From Octopus sinensis (lineage: Eukaryota): DNA of 64,000 nt. The position numbers and the translations under genes are program-made. The DNA lies in contig NC_043017.1 of NCBI RefSeq assembly GCF_006345805.1, positions 3,968,001 through 4,032,000 of the forward strand, read 5' to 3'. Within the stretch, counting starts at the first letter, position 1; every line of letters begins with the position of its first letter. The notes under the pieces were generated by a model. The model searched no databases. It was not told the DNA's origin and saw only the letters and a program-made list of their open reading frames with translations. Below are positions 53,742-64,000 of the stretch, piece by piece.

Positions 53742-54073
53742 ATGATCTTCTTCTTCTTCTCCTTTATCTTTACACCTCAGTTCATCCCTAAACAAGCAGA
53801 TCAGTATCTAAAAGCATTCTTCTTCGTGGTTCTTCTTGTTTCTTTATTCTCTTGCAAACACCTCATACTTAAGACCACATCATAATTCTGTCCTTCCTTT
53901 CCTTTTGACTTTAAGTAAAAACTGGAGGAGATTCCGTCAAGAAATACTTCACTTAAGACGTATTTGGTCAGCTCAAAGTTATTTACCACGCTCAGTGGTA
54001 TCGAACTTACATTCAGGTGGTTGCAAAGCAAACATCTTAACAACACAAATCTTTACCCATACATGAGAGTCAT
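51527..54073 (-). pseudogene. Possible decayed or non-coding exon block between IF-C and IF-B
   Basis: Non-repetitive sequence with short ORF remnants broken by stops, a signal-peptide-like start and a strong donor AAG|GTAAGC at 51527; no recognised homology. Confidence 0.25.
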
Positions 54074-54248
54074 TAAAATTTCCTTTTGATTTTTCAGAAG
54101 ACACCCGATCCAAACTTTAGTGTACACGTTGTTATTGTTATTGTGGTTGTTCTACAAGAGGTCAGTCCACATCGAGCAGGCCTATGAGGATAAGATTTCC
54201 AAACATATCCGTCCAGTACTTTTGTATATCAGAGGCTTCATTGTCCAA

Positions 54249-54847
54249 GGCGGCGAGCTGGCAGAAGCGTTAGCACGCCGGGCGAAATGCTTAGCAGTAT
54301 TTCGTCTGACGTTACGTTCTGAGTTCAAATTCCGCCGAGGTCGACTTTGCCTTTCATCCTTTCGGGGTCGATAAATTTAATACCAGTTACGCACTGGGGT
54401 CGATATAATCGACTTAATCCGTTTGTCTGTCCTTGTTTGTCCCCTCTACGTTTAGCCCCTTGTGGGTAGTAAAGAAATACGTATTTCGTCTGTTGTTACG
54501 TCCTGAGTTCAAATTCCGCCGAGGTCGACTTTGCCTTTCATCCTTTCGGGGTCGATAACTTAAGTACCAGTTACGCACTGGGGTCGATATAATCGACTTA
54601 ATCCGTTTTTCTGTCCTTGTTTGTCCCCTCTACGTTTAGCCCCTTGTGGGTAGTAAAGAAATACGTATTTCGTCTGTTGTTACGTCCTGAGTTCAAATTC
54701 CGCCGAGGTTGACTTTGCCTTTCATCCTTTCGGGGTCGATAAATTAAGTACCAGTTACGCACTGGGGTCGATATAACCGACTTAATCCGTTTGTCTGTCC
54801 TTGTTTGTCCCCTCTACGTTTAGCCCCTTGTAGGCAATAAAGAAATA
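54249..54847 (+). mobile_element. SINE1 trimer inside a single 18-bp TSD
   Basis: TSD agaggcttcattgtccaa at 54231-54248 and 54848-54865; internal junctions aaagaaatac|gtatttcgtctg. Confidence 0.9.
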
Positions 54848-55550
54848 AGAGGCTTCATTGTCCAATATATCCTTTTCGAGGCAGTAAAGTCCAATTTTAA
54901 GGACATGTATCTGTTGCATATTGCAAACGAGCACAGCTCACAAAAGTAAACTTGTCAGCAGAAGTGATGTCAGCAAAAGAATTTTTGCATCCAAATGATT
55001 CTTTAATTTTGATTTCTTCTGCAGAAATTTCTGCTGAAATATACTGGAGATAACGTGGAAATTCGTGAAGGAAAATCCAAATACGAAGTAAAAAAAAAAA
55101 ATACATAGAAATAAAGACACGAAAATAAAATTAAAAAAAATTTTATTGCCTTTTTGTTGTCATAGAGCATATCAAGAAACACTTACGAAGAGAACAAATG
55201 TGCATTGGCTGATAGAAAACGATGAAGAGAACATAATTTGGAGCAATGTAACAACTATGCTGTGAGACAGCATCTTAAATAGTGCTTCCGTACTTGGAAC
55301 CTAAAAACATAAACAGTTAATTATCGAATAGCAGTTTAAGAGAATATTATAATCTACTTTGAAATCAAATCAAGTAGTATGGTTTGTTTGTTGACACGCT
55401 ATCCTTCCTCAGTCGTAGCGTACAGGCAATTTGGGCTTCTACCTATACAGACCGAAAATGTATAACTACGAAATTATTAGTTTGGACCCTGGCATTGATT
55501 ACTGATACTCTATACTTATATGACAATAAGATGTGGAGTATGTACGAATG

Positions 55551-55634
<84 letters not shown>

Positions 55635-56019
55635 ATGCATGTATGTGTATATATATATATATTATATATATATTATATATATATATATATACATATACAT
55701 ACATATACATACGTGCGTGTGTGTGAGTGTGTGTTAGTAAAGCGCACTTTGTTTTTAATGTAGCGTCAGAAGGAGAGAAAAAAAATGACGATTCTGTTGA
55801 AATATTTGTTGAGTTGCGTTCTTTTATTTTCCCTTCCGTTATTTTAGTTAAGGAATATAAAACAATAACAACCGCATCATTATCTTTAGCAATTGAAAAA
55901 TGTGTAGGATTGGCGTTTGAAGCTTAATGCCACTTGCAGCTCGTTCATTATCCAAAGCATTCAGAAACACTAATTGTAAAATTCAAAGATCTTCATGCGC
56001 AGCCATGTCTTCTAGTCTT

Positions 56020-56064
56020 CTAGTTACGGTCGGAGATGCTCTTGATAATAAAGACGGCTTTCTC
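56020..56064 (-). CDS. IF-C terminal exon (EKAVFIIKSISDRN*)
   Basis: ttttttgcAG acceptor; EKA motif typical of the LTD end; TAG at 56022-56020; no CaaX box. Confidence 0.8.
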   Translation of the reverse strand, partial: EKAVFIIKSISDRN

Positions 56065-56819
56065 CTGCAAAAAATATTAATAACAAAAATACATTATTTC
56101 AGAGTAAACCAGAAAAATAGAATTTAATTTTTTATTGTTACTGTTAAAAGGAAAGAAAAAATATCTTTTGTAGGTCTTGATTGACTATGAATGCACATCT
56201 CTATTAAAGAAATTAGCGTGAGAACGGCTGAGCTTTCCTCCACGAACACGTTTACCTTTAACTAAGCTTCAAGGTCGAATCAGCTTCGCACAAAGCGACA
56301 AGGTTGGATTTTAGGAACTCGGTTACAATCAAGAGCGAGAGAGAAAAGAAAGACAGAAGATGACAGATAGAGAGACAGACAGACACTTAGACTGGCAGAG
56401 AGACAGACAGACAGAGTGAGAGGGAACCAATCGATCGTGGTACTGATCTACCACTTTATTTATTGGCCCTGAAATAGTAGAAGACGAAGTTGACTCGCAC
56501 AGGATTCGATCTCAGAGCGCAGACAGCCAGAACTAATACTGCAAGGAACTGTATCCAATATATATAGTGTTGAAAGGTGGCGAGCTGGCAGAATCGTTAG
56601 CACGCCGGGTAAAACATTTAGCGACACTTCGTCCGTCTCTGAGTTCAAATTCCGCCGAGGATAGCTTCGATTTTCATCCTCTCGGGGTCGATAAAATAAG
56701 TAACAGTTGAGCACTGGGAGTGCAGTTCCTTGCACAATACAATACACAAAGTCGAAACCGACGAAGATCCATGACAAATTGATTAGAGTTTTTTTTTTAA
56801 ATGATTTTGATGACCTTAC

Positions 56820-56936
56820 CATATTGTTTTCGTCTTTGAGAACAGTCTTGGAAACAGCGGTAGCACTTCCCCACTCGTTAATGTGGCTCACGATGTCGTT
56901 CTTGGAAGCACTTGAGCTGTATTTCGAGCCCCATAC
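56820..56936 (-). CDS. IF-C LTD exon 3
   Basis: tattttcAG / GTAAGG; 117 nt; VWGSKYSSSASKNDIVSHINEWGSATAVSKTVLKDENNM. Confidence 0.88.
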
Positions 56937-57079
56937 CTGAAAATATGATATGTACGGAGTATTCATTATATCTAATTTTGATTTGCTTCATTTCATTTTT
57001 TTCTACTCTTCACTTAGCAAGAATACTTATGTATTCCAAGGGACGGAGAAATATGAAACGTCATAGATTTAGTCCTATA

Positions 57080-57182
<103 letters not shown>

Positions 57183-57569
57183 CACATACACGTATTTGTG
57201 TATCTATTTATATATGTATTTTAATCTTTTGTGTTCCAAACACCATTATAATAATGTAAAAGTCCTAGATTATATTCGAGATTAATTAAATTACATTTAT
57301 TTTTAAATTAAAACATTTCGATAATCTTAATTAAGAATATTTTTAATAAACACTTGCTTAATAATGAAATGGCAATTATTTTACTAAATCACCCAAATCC
57401 ATGGCTATTTTCAAAACTAATTAAAACACATTGCCAGTATATTTCATTGGAAATATAATCCAAAAAAAGGTATTTGTTTTTTACTCAGCTTTCATGGCAA
57501 TCCTTGCACAAATTAAATAAGTATTATCTAGAAAGATATGTTTGGTTTATCTGTGCAAAAATATCTTAC

Positions 57570-57680
57570 CTTAATTGGGATCTTGCCCGTGAAAATGACG
57601 TCGTCCGTAAATTTGTGACTCAATAGTTTGCCGCCTTGTTCCATTTGGCGCTCAAGAGTCCAGCCTTTTAGGTTTGTTGG
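57570..57680 (-). CDS. IF-C LTD exon 2
   Basis: cacaacAG / GTAAGA; 111 nt; PTNLKGWTLERQMEQGGKLLSHKFTDDVIFTGKIPIK (LTD L-x-G-W motif). Confidence 0.88.
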
Positions 57681-58917
57681 CTGTTGTGGTCACCCGAGAT
57701 GAATAAAATAACGATAAAAACAAAAGAGAAAGAGAAAATCAATTAGCTCAATAAATTTTGATGTAATAATTTTTTCTAACTTTTTAAATATGCATGCAAG
57801 AACAATTCTTACAACGGAGTTGTATAGTCAATACAATCCCATTCTGTTGCTATTGCCTATCTTCAAGTCAGTCTTGCCCGAACTGTTCAATTATCACAGG
57901 CGTTCCAGTAACGACCATCCGGCAATTTTTTTTTCAATCATCGTCTATTCCAGGCTATATTCGCCAATGTAACCTTCCTTCTTATTTTCAATCCAGATCG
58001 AACAGGTCAAAGGCATTCCAGCGATGAACATCCCACAATGTTTTTACATTTCCGATCGCACTGTACAATGTGTCATCTATTTTAAGACGCTAGTGAGTGA
58101 TTTGAGAGAGATTTGGTTGCCATTTCTTGTAAAACGAGCGACCTAATAAAAGCCGCTTTGTTGACTGACCTCGTCCGTTTTGTTGTTGCTATTGTTGTTT
58201 TTGTAGTGGTGGGGTTATAGTTTTTAGTTTGTATTGTTGGTTTATAACGAAATATGAAAGAGAGGCGAACAAGAAGAATCCTCTTTAAGTATTCAACTCG
58301 CTAAGGAAGGATGAAAGATGAACGAGAAGAGAAAGAGTAGGAGAGAAAATGAATGTGAGAAAAGAAAAGGAGTGGATAGTTGCAGATTGGGAGACAGAGA
58401 TATAGTATGTGCATGTGTGAGAGAGGTGGGGGCCGGAAGAGGTGAACGATGGAAAGAGAAAAGGAAGAGATAGGACATGCACTGGAGAGGGGGGGGTGAC
58501 TTCTTGAGAGAAAAAGTTACATGTTGGAGAGAAGACAGACAACGGAAGGTGCAGTATTCTCTATTGATGGCCCAAGTCACTCCTGATCGAGCGGCACCAT
58601 GATCAAATGCTTTCCATCCATGATCATCACATTTTTTTTTTACATGTATTTTGAACTGCATTCTCTAATGCACGCTCACCATTTTTAAGACGTTAGGATG
58701 AAAGTTGAGGGAGGTATGGCTGTTATTTCTAGTGATCACATAGAACAATGGTCCCTTGCCTCTTCGCTGCCAAGGACACCTTTTATTTAAAGAAACTTTC
58801 CCACCGAACAAAGAAACTTGATTTTTGTAACGAACAACAAACTCTTTTTCTGTTAATTTTATGCCTCGGTAGAACTGAATACGTCATCCAATACACAGTA
58901 AAAAAAAACACCTAAAC

Positions 58918-58952
<35 letters not shown>

Positions 58953-59220
58953 TTGACCAAACACACTCGTTTACTGAGATAGTCGTTGCTGCTTTGTTGA
59001 TATTCTGTTCCGAATTCTAGGCGGGGGGGAGGGAGGTAAGGTGATTTATTTTTTGTTATTTTTTTTGTTTTTTTGTCTTCTTAAAAATCTAAAAGGAAAT
59101 TAGTTTTTTCCTGTTTGAAGTTTTCAAAGCTTATCTTTATCAAAACTTTATTTTGTAATTATTTCTAGCAAAGTTTAGTGACGGGGTAGAGACTTTCTCG
59201 TTATCCCGCATTTAGAAGTT

Positions 59221-59834
<614 letters not shown>

Positions 59835-59997
59835 GTGGTAGAGAAAATTGTTACAAGAGATATATCTGATAAATTTTCAAAACATCAAGCTGACAGCATA
59901 GAAAATCTGTAATTTTAGTAAATGTAACATATATCTCATTGTACATGAAACTAAATGAAAAATTAAAACTAACGAAACGAAGAAGTAACTAGCTTAC

Positions 59998-60128
59998 CCT
60001 TCCTATTTTTCGAGCACCTGTCTCTTCCAAGGAAATGTATTGTCCATTTGTCTCGATTTCAACAACGGCAACTGGGCCTGACGACGACCGGTGGACTGTT
60101 ATACGAGCTGCACCCATGTTGGCAATAC
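59998..60128 (-). CDS. IF-C LTD exon 1
   Basis: ttcgttgcAG / GTAAGC; 131 nt, phase 1->0; IANMGAARITVHRSSSGPVAVVEIETNGQYISLEETGARKIGR. Confidence 0.88.
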
Positions 60129-60454
60129 CTGCAACGAAAGACGTCAGAGACATTGAGAAAGATAAAACATCAGGGATACAGAGAGAATACTTAATTTTTC
60201 TGTCAAGGGTCTTTCAGCGAACCGATAAGTTACGTGGACGTGAACAAACCAACAGCTGACGTCACATAGCAGAGGAGACAAACACATACACACACATACA
60301 TAATATACACTCACTCACATTACAGGCTTCCATGCAGTTTCCATCTACCAAATTCACAAATCGATCCGTGACTATTGTAAAACTGAGCCCCAAATCAGGT
60401 GGTTACAAAGTGAGCCTCTTGACCACATAGCTATGTATCTCTGTATGTACCGCT

Positions 60455-61015
60455 GAGACCCCCTTCGGTCATGACTGACCATGGGATTGCACCTAGAAAG
60501 TTACCCTCCCAGGTACAAGTCCGGACAAGGGTGCTTATGGAAGACCAGCAGTCGCCCATGCATACCTATTTCTTTACTGCCCACAAGGGACACACAGAGA
60601 GGACAAACAAGGACAGACAAGCGGATTAAGTCGATTATATCGACCCCAGTGCGTAACTGGTACTTATTTAATCGACCCCGAAAGGATGAAAGGCAAAGTC
60701 GACCTCGACGGAATTTGAACTCAGAACGTAGCGGCAGGCGAAATACCGTTAATCATTTCGCCCGGTGTGCTAACGAGTCTGCCAGCTCGTCAGCCTCCCC
60801 TCTTCACACCACTGATGTTATCCAATGGAAAGGCAAAGGGACTGATACAGCTTGGCACCTGTGACGTCGCAACTCATTTCTACAGCTGAGTGAACTGGAG
60901 CAACGTGGAGTAAAGTGTCTTGCTCAAGAACACAACACGCAGCCCGGACCGGGATTCGAACTCACAACCTCACGATCGTAAGCTCGACGCTCTAACCACT
61001 GAGCCATGCATCTTC
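60455..61015 (-). mobile_element. SINE4 with a SINE1 nested in it (~60563-60790)
   Basis: SINE4 sequence is split between gcatac and cagcctcc by a SINE1. Confidence 0.8.
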
Positions 61016-61299
61016 ACTGTATGTACAATCTTTTATAATGACAGTAGTTTCTTGTATCGAAGACTTTTCAGCAATTTCATGCAGTGATCGAATGCTTGCG
61101 TTGCACATTAACTCCCTCCCTCCATCAAATCGAAATATCATGTAGAGACGCGCTTTCAGCTGTCGAAGAAACTGGTGAGTAAGGTGAGATGAAGTGTTTT
61201 GCTTGAGAGCACAACGCACCGCCCAGTTCTGGAATTGAACCTAACATCGTGAGTGTCATACTCTAACCACTAGGCCACACGTCCTCTATGAAAAAGCCT

Positions 61300-61597
61300 G
61301 TTTATTGAGTGAAAACACCTAAAGCTCCACGAGGCTCCGGCAGGGGATGGTGGTGATCCCTGCTGTACTCTTTCACCACAACTTTTTCTCACTCTTACTT
61401 CCTGTTACTGTTGTACCTGTATTTCAAAGGGCCGGCCTTGTCACTCACTGTGTCACGCTGAATATCCCCGAGAACTACGTTAAGGGTGCACGTGTCTGTG
61501 GAGTGCTCAGCCACTTACACGTTAATTTCACGAGCTGGCTGTTCCGTTGATTCGGATCAACCGGAACCCTCGTCGTCGTAACCGACGGAGTGCTTCC
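61300..61597 (+). mobile_element. SINE2 lacking the tRNA head
   Basis: Body matches 44505-44893. Confidence 0.8.
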
Positions 61598-61631
61598 TAA
61601 TGAAAAAGCAATATTACATAAATTTACTTAC

Positions 61632-61753
61632 TGCCTTCTGCTGACATGGATGACTTGAATGCTGTTGACCTTTGCATAATGGCATTAGAAAGTGCTTCCT
61701 CCGAAGAGCTCTGGAATCCTCCGATTGAGCTCACCATACTGCTATGACTTATC
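61632..61753 (-). CDS. IF-C proximal tail exon
   Basis: tgtgttacAG / GTAAGT; 122 nt, phase 2->1; ISHSSMVSSIGGFQSSSEEALSNAIMQRSTAFKSSMSAEG. Confidence 0.85.
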
Positions 61754-62583
61754 CTGTAACACAAAGGAATTGAAAAGTAAAGAAATATACAACTTCGATT
61801 GAGCACGCTTGAAATCAAAATTGTTCCAATCGTTATTAAGCGCCGCCCCCACTTTTTTTTTCAAGCTTTGCTAGTTTGTATCCGATTATGAATTTGTGTT
61901 GCAAGATTCCTGATGTGAGAAGCCATGGGTTGAAACAGATATTGTTACATTTCGGGACGGTCATTTTATTTTTCTTGCTAAATGAACACACGCTCTATAT
62001 ATTCGTTCTTCACTGGATTACTATTGTTGTTCTTATTTTATCTGATGTGTATTGTCTGGAAGTCTTTCGTTATACATCTGTGAACACTTCAGCGACACTT
62101 CCATCCCGCGTATCTCCTCCTCTTCTATTTGAACTAAACAGAGAATGGACTAAACACGGGTGTGCGACGAAATATTTCCGGACATTGGACATAAGATAAA
62201 TAAGAAGAATAATAAACGAGTCAAGAACGAATATTTATCTAAAGGAAAGATGATCAGTTGAAAATTAGTATGAAAATCATGATGATGACTATGATGGTGG
62301 TGGTGGTGGTGGTGGTGGTTTTCGTGGCGGAGAAAGAAATAAAGTAGAAAAAAATAAAGAAGAAGAGTAAGGGGAGGAGGATAAGGAGAAGGAGGGTAAG
62401 GAAGGCAGCGTGACCAACCCACCTGTTATCAAGAATTATATTGCGTAATTTGTCCTTCCATTTTAACATAATGAATTTTGATTTCAGGAGGATTTGGTTC
62501 CTATTTCTAGCAGAGCAAACAGCAACATAATAACTCTCTCTCTCTCTCTCCACACACATATATGTAAATGTGTGTGTATATAC

Positions 62584-62646
<63 letters not shown>

Positions 62647-62794
62647 TATTCATATACACATATATATATACATACACACACACACACACATATATATATT
62701 AACCTATGTTTTTGTGAAGCATTGTGCTGTATAAGTTTAAAGTATGTAGCTTTACACAACTATACATATATATGTATGTATTATCTTTTAATTC

Positions 62795-63002
62795 CTTCTG
62801 TCATTTCACTGCGCCCATGCTGGTGTACAGCTTTGAAGGGTATATATTTGAACAAATCGGCCCTAGGGCTTATTTCTTTGAAGCCTTGTTCTTATTTAAT
62901 CGGCCTCTTTTGTCAAACCGCTTTGTAACGAGGACGTAAAGACAGTAAAACTATTTGTCAAGCTGTGGTAAGAGACAAACACAGAGACACACCTACAGAG
63001 AT

Positions 63003-63034
<32 letters not shown>

Positions 63035-63036
63035 AC

Positions 63037-63071
<35 letters not shown>

Positions 63072-63257
63072 CATACATATATCAGCATATATATACACGA
63101 GGACTTCTTACAGTTCCCGTCTACTAGATCTATTCACAAGGCTTTGGCTGGCTCGAGGCTATAACAGAAGGCACTTGATTAAGGTGTTACACAGTGGGAC
63201 TGAACCCGGAATAATATGGTAGAGAAGCAAGCTTGTTACCACGCAGCTATACCTGCG

Positions 63258-63258
<1 letters not shown>
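62795..63258 (-). mobile_element. SINE3 diverged copy
   Basis: Reverse complement of the SINE3 consensus. Confidence 0.7.
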
Positions 63259-63293
<35 letters not shown>

Positions 63294-63463
63294 TATAAGA
63301 AATTAAAAAAGGAAAATACGCCCACTTACATAGTTTTAATATGATTTTTTGTATATCGATCGGTTTCGCTATCGATATTCATGATATTAAGTTTTACTTA
63401 TTTGAATATATATTTTTTCTTAAGAAGAAATTTTGTCAAATCGAAATTCCTCTTTTCTGTTAC

Positions 63464-63499
<36 letters not shown>

Positions 63500-63622
63500 T
63501 TGTGGCAATGCGCATACGTTAAAAATTTGTCAAAAGTTGACAATTAAAAATAATTAAGTTGCTGTGATCTGCGCGAGGGTATTCACCCGAACTATAAAAA
63601 ATATATAAATTTCAGTATTTAC

Positions 63623-63843
63623 CTGTGTTCTTCGCCCTCCAACAGTTTGCGATAAGCAGCAATCTCAAGTTCCATCGACAGTTTGGCATCCATCAGATCT
63701 TGCAGTTCCTTCATCAGTCCTTCTAATTCAAGTTGAAGTCTTTCGACGTCGTTCCTGTGTGCCTCCTTTTCGTGATCTAAGTCGTTTATAGTAGTTTCTA
63801 ACTCCATTGTCACTGATCTTAGTTGGCCAGTCAGTTGAGCAAG
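63623..63843 (-). CDS. IF-C coil-2 end exon (earlier exons lie beyond the window)
   Basis: ttcgtttatAG / GTAAAT; 221 nt; LAQLTGQLRSVTMELE...ELQDLMDAKLSMELEIAAYRKLLEGEEH. Confidence 0.95.
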
Positions 63844-64000
63844 CTATAAACGAAATACGAACATTACAGAATTGCTAACAGATGGGAGAGTATGTTGCGC
63901 TCGCGTCTTAGACGGCTCTGCTGCTTCGCCCGCAGACACATCGTAAATTACATTGAACAGGACGTGTTGCGGCTGCTCGCTAAAGATTTATTCGGCAATA

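Noticed and set aside
54249-54847. Regularly spaced direct repeats resembling a CRISPR array
   Set aside because: The ~185-bp units are SINE bodies without unique spacers, in a eukaryotic context

Overview
AT-rich, microsatellite- and SINE-dense animal genomic DNA, most likely an octopus or other coleoid cephalopod (inferred from repeat families and protein similarity). The core content is a head-to-tail tandem array of three minus-strand cytoplasmic intermediate filament (IF) genes, each with a coiled-coil rod and a lamin-tail (LTD/Ig) domain, resembling the squid NF70 neurofilament type. The genes are IF-C (last six exons only, 63843->56020), IF-B (11 exons, 48676->~23982, ~545-550 aa) and IF-A (11 exons, 18857->911). 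I rebuilt the exons by hand from GT-AG sites and reading-frame phase. IF-A and IF-B are duplicates whose introns still align at about 80%, yet their rod exons are more diverged than the neighbouring introns. IF-A has a rod 49 aa shorter, an altered YRKLLEGEE motif and a 1-nt deletion in an LTD exon. The rest is transposon debris: four tRNA-derived SINE families (my labels SINE1-4), mariner/maT, piggyBac, Helitron, CR1, RTE, R4/Dong-like, Penelope-like and fold-back elements. Several of these form long hairpins inside IF-B introns. Most ORFs in the supplied track are microsatellite or repeat artefacts. Percent identities are approximate hand counts.
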